Position numbers and translations under genes: made by a program. A stretch of 64,000 nt of DNA from an uncultured Candidatus Saccharibacteria bacterium (GTDB lineage Bacteria > Patescibacteriota > Minisyncoccia > Phycocordibacterales > Zambryskibacteraceae). Below are positions 9,992 through 19,416 of the stretch, piece by piece. The notes beneath the pieces were generated by a model. The model saw only the letters and a program-made list of their open reading frames with translations. It had not been told where the DNA came from and ran no database searches. The stretch covers positions 11,452 through 75,451 of the forward strand of contig CAYHDI010000002.1 in NCBI GenBank assembly GCA_964355645.1, written 5' to 3'. Position 1 is the first letter of the stretch. The number at the start of each line of letters is the position of its first letter.

Positions 9992-10050
9992 ATCGGTTAG
10001 GACACATCCTTTTCAAGGATGGAAGCAGAGTTCGACTCTCTGTAGGGTCA
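9979..10050 (+). tRNA. tRNA-Glu(TTC)
   Basis: ggcccta/tagggtc acceptor; catcc-TTTTCAA-ggatg. Confidence 0.93.
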
Positions 10051-10056
10051 CAAATT

Positions 10057-10314
10057 ATGAGTTTATTCAAAGAAAGAGTTTTAAAAGTGGTCAGGGGGAT
10101 ACCAAGGGGTCGAACACTTTCATACGGAGATGTGGCTAAACTTGCCGGAAACCCTGGTGCAAGTAGGGCAGTAGGAACAATTATGAAAAACAATCACGAC
10201 AAGTCAGTTCCGTGCCATAGAGTTATAAAATCAAATGGGGAAGTCGGAGAATACAATAACGGAGGACCAAAGATGAAACGGGCTCTACTCAAAAAAGAGG
10301 GCGTAGATATATAA
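10057..10314 (+). CDS. MGMT-family methylated-DNA cysteine methyltransferase (C-terminal domain only)
   Basis: IPRGRTLSYGDVA...RAVG...VPCHRVI. Confidence 0.9.
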   Translation: MSLFKERVLKVVRGIPRGRTLSYGDVAKLAGNPGASRAVGTIMKNNHDKSVPCHRVIKSNGEVGEYNNGGPKMKRALLKKEGVDI

Positions 10315-11108
10315 TGTTCTACACAATGTTCAGAAAACTTTTCTCAACTTTATTCTTTGTACTACTTCTCGCGGGAGCGGGGGTTTATTTTTATAATCAG
10401 CAACCTTGCGTTCAACCGATTGGATTTAGGATTGGGACCCTCGACAGTCGGTTTGGATTGAGTCAGGTGGAGTTTAAGCAGATTGCTATTCAAGCCGAAG
10501 AAATTTGGAGCAAAGATTTGGGTAAACCATTATTCAAATACGATCCAAATGGGTCGCTGGCGGTGAATTTGATTTATGATTCAAGGCAGGCAACCGCGGA
10601 CAAGAATGCGAATATCATCTCAGACATAAATCAAACGACCGAATCCGCTGATGCGGTTCGTACCCAATTTCTCGCCCTTGAATTAAATTACAAAGAAAGT
10701 CTTGCAGATTACAACGCGCTTCTTTCAGAGCGAAAGGATTTTCAGGCGATTGAAGAGAAAAGATTGGAAGTCAACGCTTTGGCCGAGCAAATCAATGCGT
10801 TGGTAAAAAAATATAATTATTTGGTTAGTGCGGTGAACACAAATATAAATACGGTGAACCAGTCGGCGGGCAAAGAATTCGAAGAAGGGGAGTATGTTTA
10901 TGATTCGAACGGCAAGAGAATAAATATTTATGAATTTAAAACTCGATCGGAACTTATTCGAGTGCTAGCTCACGAATTTGGCCATGCGCTCAATATGAAT
11001 CACAACAATAATCCAAAATCGATTATGTATTATTTGAATCAGAGCTCAAATGAAGTCCCAACCGCAGAAGATACGAACGCCTTGAAAACAATTTGTAGAG
11101 TGAAATAA
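10314..11108 (+). CDS. Membrane-anchored matrixin-family Zn metalloprotease with coiled-coil insert
   Basis: N-terminal TM; HEFGHALNMNH and SIMY Met-turn. Confidence 0.85.
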   Translation: MFYTMFRKLFSTLFFVLLLAGAGVYFYNQQPCVQPIGFRIGTLDSRFGLSQVEFKQIAIQAEEIWSKDLGKPLFKYDPNGSLAVNLIYDSRQATADKNANIISDINQTTESADAVRTQFLALELNYKESLADYNALLSERKDFQAIEEKRLEVNALAEQINALVKKYNYLVSAVNTNINTVNQSAGKEFEEGEYVYDSNGKRINIYEFKTRSELIRVLAHEFGHALNMNHNNNPKSIMYYLNQSSNEVPTAEDTNALKTICRVK

Positions 11109-11222
11109 AACCCTTGCTCCATCGGCATACAAGTGGACAAAGGCAGTGTTTTGTGCTAAGGTGCCCTCAGATCATGATGTACGCGGATTCCCCGCACAAA
11201 CCTGCTCCCGAGGTACCAACTC

Positions 11223-11801
11223 ATGCGCTCCTTTACCCTCGTTGTACTCCTGGCTATCCTGCTGGCCCCGTTGGGCCTGATTCAGGCCCAGAACACGTGC
11301 GGTATCTGTCCGCCCAAGGACACCACTGCCCTAGCCCTCAACGCCTTCAAGGCGAAGATGGACAAGACGGACAGGAGTCAGAATGCTCGCATCGCGAGCC
11401 TCCAGGTCTCCCGTGTCCAGATGCAGAAGAGCATCGAAGTCCTGTCCGGCAAGGTCCTCGACCTCAACGCGAGGCCTACGACCGATACGTCGGTCATGAA
11501 CCAGCTTACTTGGAATTCGGCCGAACTCGCTCGGCAGAAGGTCGAACTCTCCAAGGTCGAGAACGAGATCTCTGGGCTCGGGCGTCAGCTAGCCGAAGCA
11601 AGGGCAAAGGCTCTTGAACAGGCGAACAAGGATACCAAGAAGAAGACAAGCGGTCTGTCGACGGGCGACAAGTGGCTAATCGGCGGCTCAGCCGTCGTCG
11701 TGACTGGAGGACTGGTGTATCTCGCTGTCCAGAAATTGGGCAGGTCGGAGACTCACACCAGCTCCTCCAGCTCCTCCTGCTCCGGCAGCAATTGCCGATA
11801 G
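11223..11801 (+). CDS. Secreted coiled-coil ORFan with C-terminal TM (GC-rich cassette)
   Basis: Signal peptide, heptad pattern, TM; own promoter (TGGACA 11134, TGCTAAGGT) and terminator. Confidence 0.7.
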   Translation: MRSFTLVVLLAILLAPLGLIQAQNTCGICPPKDTTALALNAFKAKMDKTDRSQNARIASLQVSRVQMQKSIEVLSGKVLDLNARPTTDTSVMNQLTWNSAELARQKVELSKVENEISGLGRQLAEARAKALEQANKDTKKKTSGLSTGDKWLIGGSAVVVTGGLVYLAVQKLGRSETHTSSSSSSCSGSNCR

Positions 11802-11808
11802 CGCACCC

Positions 11809-11843
11809 GGGCCTCGCAGAACATGCGAGGCCCTTTTGTTTTT
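11809..11843 (+). terminator. Intrinsic terminator
   Basis: gggcctcgca-gaaca-tgcgaggccc + T tract. Confidence 0.8.
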
Positions 11844-11867
11844 ATTATTTATAGTGAGCCTGTCGAA

Positions 11868-12791
11868 CTATTTTCCAGCGTGCAAGTACAAATAAATATC
11901 TTCGAGAGCCTTCACCGCGTCGCCGGCAGCGATGTTGTTTTGATGATAAAGTCCATCTGTGCAATCTCCAGCAGCCCAGAGACCTTCGACTTCAGATACT
12001 TGAGTTTTCGGATTAACCGGGATTTGTTTGTATTCGTTTAATTTAATTAAATTTTCTACAAATGAAGTGGATGGGATAAGTCCAATTTCAACAAATATGC
12101 CGGTGACGGGCAATTCAACTTTTTCTTTTTTTTCATTCTCATAAACAATAGATGAGACAAAGTTTGTTCCTTTAATTTCTACAGGCGTAGCATTCTTTGT
12201 AAGCTTCATATTCGGATGAGAGAGGACTTTTTCTACTGTGGATGGATCGGCCTTAACTACCTCACTTCTGTTGAGTAGGGTTACAGATCTTGCATAAGCC
12301 AAGAGTTGGGCGGCAGATTCGAATCCTGCATTTCCGCTTCCTATGACCACGACATCTTGTCCGGCGAAGAGAGGGCCGTCGCATGAGGCACAATATGTGA
12401 TACCTTTGTTTTCAAATTCTTTGGCTCCAGGGATGTCTAGTTTTCTACGAGTGCTCCCAGTGGCCACAAACACAGTTTTGGTTTCGTATCTTCCTTCTTT
12501 GGTAGTGACAGAGAAATTGTCACTGTTCTTTTCGATTTTCTGTACCCATTCGTTTAAATGAATATCTACCACATCGCTCGCCACGGCTCGAAGATGATTT
12601 TCTAAAGCTTTGCCCAGATCTGCTCCAGAAATATTCAAAGTGCCAACCCAGTTTTCTACCCCCATGGATTCTACTGATTGCCCCCCAATAGATTCTGCGA
12701 TGAATAGGGTTTTCAATCTTTTGCGCGCAGCATATATACCAGCAGAAACCCCGGCTGGGCCCCCTCCGATGATAGTCAAGTCGTATTGCAT
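11868..12791 (-). CDS. trxB: Thioredoxin reductase / AhpF-like FAD oxidoreductase
   Basis: IIGGGPAG, YCASCDG, GSGNAG, AAGDCT; start at MQYDL. Confidence 0.9.
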   Translation of the reverse strand: MQYDLTIIGGGPAGVSAGIYAARKRLKTLFIAESIGGQSVESMGVENWVGTLNISGADLGKALENHLRAVASDVVDIHLNEWVQKIEKNSDNFSVTTKEGRYETKTVFVATGSTRRKLDIPGAKEFENKGITYCASCDGPLFAGQDVVVIGSGNAGFESAAQLLAYARSVTLLNRSEVVKADPSTVEKVLSHPNMKLTKNATPVEIKGTNFVSSIVYENEKKEKVELPVTGIFVEIGLIPSTSFVENLIKLNEYKQIPVNPKTQVSEVEGLWAAGDCTDGLYHQNNIAAGDAVKALEDIYLYLHAGK

Positions 12792-12939
12792 AAAGCACAG
12801 AATACCAGAAAATTTTTTTATATACAAAAAAGCCCCGCTCCGATTTCACATCGGAAGTACAAAAAAGTTCCCCCACTATAATTTCCGACCGCGAAAAATA
12901 GTGTATTATTGTTTCGATATATCGATACAAAAACCGAAA

Positions 12940-12980
12940 CCCCTCTCCTTAATAAGGAGAGGGGCAGGGGTGAGGTGTAT
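12940..12980. repeat. Gene-less half copy of the DUF559-associated palindromic element
   Basis: cccctctcctt-aat-aaggagagggg-ca-ggggtgaggtgtat, abutting the ftsZ stop. Confidence 0.85.
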
Positions 12981-14140
12981 TACTTCAATTTTGAACGACG
13001 GAGGAAAGCAGGCACGGCGCCCCAATCATCTTCGTTGTCATTCGCCGAAGGAGCAGGAGTGACTTCAGGCTTCTTTGTTTCCTCAACTTTTTCGCCCGGC
13101 TTTGTGAAGGAGTTGAAAATCTTGCCTTTGTCCCCATCATTTGAAGGAGTACCCCCGAACAAGGAAGTCGCTTTCTTCTGCATGTGCTCAGGGAAACTTG
13201 AAGCGATGACCGTAATCTTGAGTTCACCTTTTTTGAGTTTGTCATCCTTGACTGTCCCGAAAATAATCTTGGCATTCGGATCGACTGATTCGGTGATAAC
13301 CTTGGCTGCGTCTTGGATTTCAAACATAGTGAGGTCGTCTCCACCGGCGATAGAGAAGAGTACGCCCTTGGCCCCATTAATTGAGATTTCAAGAAGTGGA
13401 GAAGAGATGGCCATACGAGCCGCTTCCTCGGCGCGTTTCTCACCCGAAGCCCGTCCGATACCCATAAGTGCAGCACCTGCATTCTCCATGACCGCGCGAA
13501 TATCAGCGAAGTCAATGTTGATGATGCCCGGTGTAGTGATGAGGTCCGAGATTCCTTCAACGGCTTGTTTAAGAATGTTGTCGCAAGTGGCGAACGCATC
13601 CTTGGCTGTAGTGTCCTTGTCTATGGTTTGAAGAAGTCGGTCATTCGGAATGATGATGAGAGCGTCAACGGCTTGTTTGAGTTCATCTATAGCCACATCA
13701 GCAATTTTCATGCGTTGAATACCTTCGAAGAAGAAAGGCTTGGTAACTACAGCGACGGTGAGACAGCCAGCTTCCTTGGCTGTTCTCGCAATGACTGGAG
13801 CAGCCCCGGAAGCTGTCCCTCCTCCCATTCCGCAAGCAATGAAGACCATGTCTGCACCCTTGATGGCTTCTTGAATTTCTTCCTTCGTTTCTTCGACCGC
13901 GCGTTTACCCAAATCAGGATTCATCCCTGTACCCAAACCTCGAGTGAGGTTTTTCCCAATATGAATTTTCTTCTTGGCCAATGAGTGATGCAAATCTTGG
14001 GCATCTGTATTGACTGAAATGAAATCTACCCCCTTGACCTTCGAATTGATCATGTGGTTGATCGCGTTTTTCCCCGAACCTCCTACCCCGACGACCTTTA
14101 TCCTAGCGAAAGCTTCTACTTCTGGTTTGATTTGTGGCAT
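12980..14140 (-). CDS. ftsZ: Cell division GTPase FtsZ
   Basis: [25 protein letters not shown]-terminal VPAFLRR. Confidence 0.98.
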   Translation of the reverse strand: MPQIKPEVEAFARIKVVGVGGSGKNAINHMINSKVKGVDFISVNTDAQDLHHSLAKKKIHIGKNLTRGLGTGMNPDLGKRAVEETKEEIQEAIKGADMVFIACGMGGGTASGAAPVIARTAKEAGCLTVAVVTKPFFFEGIQRMKIADVAIDELKQAVDALIIIPNDRLLQTIDKDTTAKDAFATCDNILKQAVEGISDLITTPGIINIDFADIRAVMENAGAALMGIGRASGEKRAEEAARMAISSPLLEISINGAKGVLFSIAGGDDLTMFEIQDAAKVITESVDPNAKIIFGTVKDDKLKKGELKITVIASSFPEHMQKKATSLFGGTPSNDGDKGKIFNSFTKPGEKVEETKKPEVTPAPSANDNEDDWGAVPAFLRRSKLK

Positions 14141-14303
14141 GTTTTTCTTATAAGTTTCTTGCGCCTTATACTACCTAAGCCCAGTCTAAAAGAAAAGGAG
14201 TTGACATTTTCTTTAAATGGTTTGTGAAAAAGAGTAATTTTTGAATTATTTTTATAAAAAGCGAAACCCCCTCTCCAACCGAAGTTGAATTGGGGGTTTT
14301 TGT

Positions 14304-14516
14304 TTAGACTGGTTCGCTGTCGTCTTCCGGCCAATCATACTTACATCTTGGGCAGAGTGGGGTCGAATCCGTGGGGTCCAGTTTGCTGACTGGAAACGGA
14401 TTTCCACATTCACCACAAATGGCCGGTCCTTCTAGTTCGAACTTGAAGTCTACTGCGCAGTCGTCTGCCGTTCCTTCTTCGAGATAATCAGGGGATTCTT
14501 CATAGTCGTCCGACAT
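14304..14516 (-). CDS. Small acidic zinc-ribbon ORFan
   Basis: CGEC...CPRC; SD AAGGAG upstream; own promoter and terminator (14263-14300). Confidence 0.7.
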   Translation of the reverse strand: MSDDYEESPDYLEEGTADDCAVDFKFELEGPAICGECGNPFPVSKLDPTDSTPLCPRCKYDWPEDDSEPV

Positions 14517-14665
14517 TTGTATCTCCTTTGAAGGTTTAACTTTAAAGGAGTTATCGCATCCGCTTATTCCTGAGGGAAGGGTGAAGGAAGCGAAACCTTA
14601 CTGGCCAATGTGTCTTGATTACCCGTACAGACACTTTGGTGACTTTCGTCGTTCAGGTTGCTCTA
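14517..14665 (-). promoter_or_regulatory. Long structured 5' leader with SD-sequestering hairpin
   Basis: Promoter TTGACT(14699-14694), 17 nt, TAGTAT; nested stems; ctccttt...aaaggag hairpin 14523-14550. Confidence 0.5.
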
Positions 14666-14745
14666 GACTTATACTAGCACGGTTCAATATGAAAGTCAAG
14701 CATTTTATCCACTTGTAAGAAAAGGCAGATATGTTAGTATACAGG

Positions 14746-14786
14746 GTATATACGGCTTCGGCCCTCCCCGCAAGGGGTTAATATAC
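14746..14786 (+). ncRNA. Candidate PemK-associated small RNA (three-way junction)
   Basis: gtatat/atatac stem enclosing ggc-TTCG-gcc and cccc-GCAA-gggg; promoter TTGTAA...TGTTAGTAT just upstream. Confidence 0.7.
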
Positions 14787-14792
14787 AAAAGC

Positions 14793-15182
14793 TCAAGCAA
14801 TCAAAAGCTTGATCTTTTGTTTTATCTCCACATAATCTTTTATGTCTAAAACCCCGATTTTATATTGTAAGCGTTTGGAATCTATCATTCTCAGTTGTGA
14901 AAGTATCACTGTATTAGAACCTCTATTCTCTAGACTAAAAGTAAAGTAGTATTCACCTTTTTTAGTTTTCTTTGTAAGTGGAATGGCCCAAAAACTTTCA
15001 TTATTAAATTTTCTTAACACAAGTACCGGACGACGGAACTCCTTACCCCTACCGTCTTCTTCAAATCCGATGTTGGCTCCGAGCGAGGCAAACCAAATTT
15101 CTCGTTCATGGAAGAAAGGCCTTTGTCTATCCTCGTGAATATCGCTTTTTTCTTTGTGCCATTCAGAAAAATCTTTTTTCAT
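14793..15182 (-). CDS. PemK/MazF-family endoribonuclease toxin, no adjacent protein antitoxin
   Basis: EIWFASLGANIGFEEDG...RRPVLVL...AIPLT...LSQLRMIDSKRL. Confidence 0.9.
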   Translation of the reverse strand: MKKDFSEWHKEKSDIHEDRQRPFFHEREIWFASLGANIGFEEDGRGKEFRRPVLVLRKFNNESFWAIPLTKKTKKGEYYFTFSLENRGSNTVILSQLRMIDSKRLQYKIGVLDIKDYVEIKQKIKLLIA

Positions 15183-15198
15183 TTTTCCAAATGTTTAT

Positions 15199-16410
15199 TT
15201 AAGGCAGGAATTGGGAGAACCAATCGGAAACTTGGCGCAAACCTTTTTTCCCAGACTCAGCCATTTTTTCTACATTTCCGAGACCAATTGAGCGTTGTTC
15301 GTTTTCAGCATTGAACCCGAGGACGGCGAGTCCGTAGGCGACCGACCAAGTTAAATCTTTTTGTTTTTTGTTTGATTCAGAATTTTCTTCTCCAAAATGA
15401 ATCTCAGCAATTCTTGAGGGAAGTTTCAAAGTACTTTCGGCCAATTCTTTAATCATCGAGAGCTTGGCTCCACCTCCAGTGATGACTATGCCGGCAGGCA
15501 AGAGAGCGTTGCGACCAATTTTCTTCAAATGTGTTTCAATCAGTTCAAACATATCTTCGAGCCGAGCAGAAATTATTTCATCCAGCTTTTTCTTAGAATA
15601 ATTTGAATTAGTGATAGAGCCTAGCTTGATTGATTCAGCTTCTTCGAGTGAAATTTTCAATCCGAGAGCTATGTCGTTCGTGATGTCTGTCCCGCCGATA
15701 GGGAAAACTTCGAGCGAAATGGGATTGCTGTTTTCAAAAACAATCATAGAAAGTGTTTCCGCTCCAACATTGACCAAGACCACCCCTGCTTTCTTTTGTT
15801 TCTTGTTTAAATTGACGAAGCTTGAAGCAATGGGCGAAGCGACGACGTCTATGACTTCAATATCTATTTCTTCTACTGCTTTGATTAAATTTTGAATATG
15901 ACTCTCGAGACACATAATGAAGAAAGTTTTCACATCGAGCTTCTCGGCTTTCAAACCCAGAGCCTGTCCCCACACGGTCTTCCCATCAATCTTGTATTCA
16001 ATCGGGATGGTGTTGATAATCTTTTTGTTCAAAGAAACCGAGTGGGGAATGGTCGCTTCAGCCGTTTCAAGAGCTTTGTTCACATCAAGGGCTGTGATTT
16101 CAAGGTCGGCCCTAGAAATGACTGTGGAACCGTTCGTGGTGATACCTGAAAGCCCGATGCCTCCGATAGAAACAAACGCTCGTTTAATTTTATAATTCGA
16201 TGACTTTTCTGCTTGGGCGACAGCCAGAGCGATAGCTTCTGAAGCCTCAGAAGTATTGGTGATGAAGCCGTGATGCAGGCCCTTTGATTCACTCGAACCA
16301 CTACCTATTATTTTTGAAAAAATTTTTCCTTCAGCGTGCAACTCTTCAGCTACTACAACTTTGATTTCGTGAGTGCCTATATCAATGCCTGTTGCTATTT
16401 GACGTGCCAT
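15199..16410 (-). CDS. ftsA: Cell division protein FtsA
   Basis: GIDIGTHEIKV, IGGTDITNDIA, GIVITGGGA; start MARQI. Confidence 0.95.
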   Translation of the reverse strand: MARQIATGIDIGTHEIKVVVAEELHAEGKIFSKIIGSGSSESKGLHHGFITNTSEASEAIALAVAQAEKSSNYKIKRAFVSIGGIGLSGITTNGSTVISRADLEITALDVNKALETAEATIPHSVSLNKKIINTIPIEYKIDGKTVWGQALGLKAEKLDVKTFFIMCLESHIQNLIKAVEEIDIEVIDVVASPIASSFVNLNKKQKKAGVVLVNVGAETLSMIVFENSNPISLEVFPIGGTDITNDIALGLKISLEEAESIKLGSITNSNYSKKKLDEIISARLEDMFELIETHLKKIGRNALLPAGIVITGGGAKLSMIKELAESTLKLPSRIAEIHFGEENSESNKKQKDLTWSVAYGLAVLGFNAENEQRSIGLGNVEKMAESGKKGLRQVSDWFSQFLP

Positions 16411-16798
16411 GAATTTTAAATGTTTGGCGTAGTTTGGATTCCGCTTTCTCCATTGTACTGCCATGTCTCATTCCCTTCAAATGGCACAAACCGTGGACAA
16501 AGAGAAAACCGACGAAATTTTGAAAAGTTTGATTGAAAATAGGAGCCTCCTTCTTAGCTAGTTCGAGGTTTATGAAAATTTCTCCGGTTCCGCCAGTTGG
16601 CGGATTCGAGAGAGGAAACGAGAGAATGTTCGTCGGTTTGTTTTTCTGCCGATAAGTTTTGTTTAGTTGTTTAGAAAGTTTGTTGTTTATGAAAACCAGT
16701 GAAAGTGCGTAGGTCCGACCTAAGCAAGTGTTTTTGATTAATTCAAAATGAATTTTTGGAACAACCCTCCTTGTTTTTTTGGAAATTGAAAATGGCAA
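16382..16798 (-). CDS. ybeY: rRNA maturation RNase YbeY
   Basis: LNKTYRQKNKPTNILSFP, HGLCHLKGMRH. Confidence 0.92.
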   Translation of the reverse strand: MPFSISKKTRRVVPKIHFELIKNTCLGRTYALSLVFINNKLSKQLNKTYRQKNKPTNILSFPLSNPPTGGTGEIFINLELAKKEAPIFNQTFQNFVGFLFVHGLCHLKGMRHGSTMEKAESKLRQTFKIHGTSNSNRH

Positions 16799-16817
16799 AT
16801 TGAAAATTTTCTGGCTC

Positions 16818-17069
16818 CTAGCGTTTGCGTTTGGTGAACTTGGTTACTTCAGCAATCTTGCCGAGCTTCACAAGTTCTGCGGTTTCCCCTTTCTTCTTTA
16901 GATAAGCGAGGGTCTTGGCTTTCCTGACATTTTCAGATTTGGTTCGCTCTGTATAGCGTTTGCTTCGAACACGATTCAAGACACCGGCTCCTTGAACACG
17001 TTTTTGGAAACGTCGAAGTACGGAGAGGTTGTTCTCACTGGCGCCCTTGATTACTTCAATATTTATCAT
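16818..17069 (-). CDS. rpsU: 30S ribosomal protein S21 (CPR type)
   Basis: ENNLSVLRRFQKRVQGAGVL...RYTE; basic protein. Confidence 0.75.
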   Translation of the reverse strand: MINIEVIKGASENNLSVLRRFQKRVQGAGVLNRVRSKRYTERTKSENVRKAKTLAYLKKKGETAELVKLGKIAEVTKFTKRKR

Positions 17070-17097
17070 TGTGAGGGTCACTTTAGCACAAACTTAT

Positions 17098-18237
17098 CTA
17101 CAAGGCAATATGTTTTAGAAATTGAGGCAAATCGGCAATTTTCACTGTTTCTTGAGCGCGGGTGGAAACATTACGTACAGTGACAGTTTCTTCCAGAGCC
17201 TCTTTTTGACCAATGATTAAAAGATAAGGCACCCGCAAACTTTCAGCGTTCATTAATTGAGGAACGATTTTGTCCTTGCCGAGGAAATGATAGATGGCTA
17301 TATGGTTCTCTCGTAGAAGTTCGATGATAGGCAAGGCCTTTAATTTCGCTTTTTGACCAAGTTGAATTAAATAGAATTTTGGTCGAGGCAATTCCTTGCA
17401 TATTTTTTCATTATTTCCATTTGGGTTTTTTTTGTGCAAATCGAAAATGGTGGCAGAGACCGCGGGCATTTCTTTCTTTAATCCGAACCGTTTGGTCAAT
17501 CGAGTGTAGCGGAAACCTTCGCTGAGCAAATTTTCATTATCTGTGTCACGTATGGCAAACGCGGTGTGAGAGTTGAAATGTCTATTTCCAATCAATTTGT
17601 GGGCCAAACGAAATTCTACTCCTAGGGCTTCCAAATATTCGAGCATCTCTTTGAAATGTTCTCGACTTTGAATAGAAAGAGAGGCGATGGAAGGAGGGAT
17701 ATGATCATGAAGATTTTCAGCCAAGTCTAATTTTAATAATTTAAAGATGTCATCTTTCAATTTTTTCTTATGTTCGGGCGTAAGTTCGTGCGCCATCTTC
17801 CTCGCACACTGATGAAGCTCTCGTTCATAAGCGACGATAGAATCCTTGTCCCCGATAGAATTTATTTCTACTACCAAATGTTCGAACCCTCTTTCAAGAA
17901 GAATAGAAAGTGTGGCTCGAATCAAAATGGCCTCGGCCAGGGCGGAATGAAGACCGAGAATATGCAGAGCATGGGTGAAGCTTCGTTTGCCCACGTCTCT
18001 TTTTTTGTAAGAAATAGTCAGGGGGTGAGGAAGATTGGCCATCCCTCTTTCAACATATGAACGGAGAAAAGCGGATTTGTCATAAGCTTCCGGTCCGCAA
18101 TCTTTGACCGCCTCCATGTCTTTCTCTGAAACATGCGGAGCTTCAACAGGAACAAAACCGAAGTATGAAGCAGAGAAAAGAGATTTGTCGAATTCGTGGA
18201 GAATGTAAGCTGGACGTGAATTAGTTAGTTTGGACAT
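17098..18237 (-). CDS. Degenerate HisRS-like protein with HGTP anticodon-binding domain
   Basis: VEINSIGD, HFKEMLEYLE, RYTRL, YLLIIGQKEA...VTVRN; class II motif 2 not recognisable. Confidence 0.7.
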   Translation of the reverse strand: MSKLTNSRPAYILHEFDKSLFSASYFGFVPVEAPHVSEKDMEAVKDCGPEAYDKSAFLRSYVERGMANLPHPLTISYKKRDVGKRSFTHALHILGLHSALAEAILIRATLSILLERGFEHLVVEINSIGDKDSIVAYERELHQCARKMAHELTPEHKKKLKDDIFKLLKLDLAENLHDHIPPSIASLSIQSREHFKEMLEYLEALGVEFRLAHKLIGNRHFNSHTAFAIRDTDNENLLSEGFRYTRLTKRFGLKKEMPAVSATIFDLHKKNPNGNNEKICKELPRPKFYLIQLGQKAKLKALPIIELLRENHIAIYHFLGKDKIVPQLMNAESLRVPYLLIIGQKEALEETVTVRNVSTRAQETVKIADLPQFLKHIAL

Positions 18238-18811
18238 TTTCTATTGATTTGAGAAAAGAAGTTTCATCACCTGGCCATACAGCTGGTGGCCAAACACGAA
18301 GAATTGGTCGACCGATGATATCTTTTGTTGGCATAGGGCCCCAAAGTCTTGAATCAGCTGAACCCAAGCGATTGTCGCCCATGAGGAAATATTCTCCTGA
18401 ATCAAGTGTGTAGGTCGCATTGTCTGATTTGGGAAGCTTCACATACGGTTCATTGAGGACAAAGCCTTTTGGGTGTGCAGAATTGATGATAGTCACTTGT
18501 CCATTGTTTATCTTTAGAGTTTCTCCGGGCAAACCGATGACCCTTTTAATGAAAAACTTCGAAGTGTCCTTGGGATATTTGAAAATCATGACTGAACCGC
18601 GCAGAGGTGTCCGAAAGTGATAGGTTAATTCATCCACAATGAGGTATTGACCCGTTTTGAAGGTTGGATCCATCGAAGCACCATCAACGATGAAGGGTTG
18701 GGCTATATAGAGACGAAACGGCACGACCACCACAATAGCAATGATGACGAGTTTCAGCAATTCTTTCCAAAAAGCGTTTTTCTTTTCGATTGGAGCATCC
18801 ATAATTTTCAT
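18221..18811 (-). CDS. lepB: Signal peptidase I
   Basis: GASMDPT, FIKRVIGLPGE, MGDNRLGSADSR. Confidence 0.95.
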   Translation of the reverse strand: MKIMDAPIEKKNAFWKELLKLVIIAIVVVVPFRLYIAQPFIVDGASMDPTFKTGQYLIVDELTYHFRTPLRGSVMIFKYPKDTSKFFIKRVIGLPGETLKINNGQVTIINSAHPKGFVLNEPYVKLPKSDNATYTLDSGEYFLMGDNRLGSADSRLWGPMPTKDIIGRPILRVWPPAVWPGDETSFLKSIENVQTN

Positions 18812-18849
18812 TGATTGTATTCTTTTAATTTGTTTGACACAATAGGCAC

Positions 18850-19389
18850 ATGTATATTGTTGTAGGTTTAGGAAATCCTGGAGAAGAATACGCAGGCACT
18901 CGACATAACACAGGTCGAATGGCTTTGGCTTATGTTGAGAAAAAAAATCCGTCAGCTGGCGGAAAAGGAATAAAGTTTGTGCATCTCGATACCTTCATGA
19001 ATAAATCTGGGAGCGGGGTGGCCAAGGTAGTCAAAAGTAAAAAGTCAGCGGAAAAATTGGTGGTGATTTATGATGATTTGGATCTGGGAATCGGACAGAT
19101 GAAAGTTTCATACAACCGTGGTTCGGGTGGACACAAAGGAATAGAGTCGATTGTCAGGGCTCTCAAGACTGAAGCATTTATTCGTATCAGAATTGGTACC
19201 TCGCCCACTACTCCGAGCGGGAAGTTGAAAAAACCTCAAGGAGAAAAAGCGGTTGAGAAACATATTCTCGGAGATTTCAAAAAACCTGAAACAGAAATTT
19301 TGAAAAAAGTTTTCAAACGCGTAGCCGAAGTACTCGAAATCCTCGCCGACGAAGGTTTGCAAAAAGCGATGACCGTGGGGAATAGCTGA
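18850..19389 (+). CDS. pth: Peptidyl-tRNA hydrolase
   Basis: VGLGNPG...TRHNTG, TFMNKSG, GSGGHKG. Confidence 0.95.
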   Translation: MYIVVGLGNPGEEYAGTRHNTGRMALAYVEKKNPSAGGKGIKFVHLDTFMNKSGSGVAKVVKSKKSAEKLVVIYDDLDLGIGQMKVSYNRGSGGHKGIESIVRALKTEAFIRIRIGTSPTTPSGKLKKPQGEKAVEKHILGDFKKPETEILKKVFKRVAEVLEILADEGLQKAMTVGNS

Positions 19390-19392
19390 TTG

Positions 19393-19416
19393 ACCTAGCA
19401 AGAACGGTTCTTGCTT
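19393..19416. repeat. Palindrome AGCAAGAACGGTTCTTGCT, copy 2
   Basis: acctagcaagaacggttcttgct just after the pth stop. Confidence 0.8.

Noticed and set aside
11114-11617. Alternative-frame 167-aa ORF over the cassette gene
   Set aside because: Starts upstream of the promoter; by-product of GC-rich codons in 11223-11801.
14640-14658. CTGAACGA...GAAA resembling a hammerhead core
   Set aside because: Spacing does not fit CUGANGA-stem II-GAAA and flanking stems are missing.
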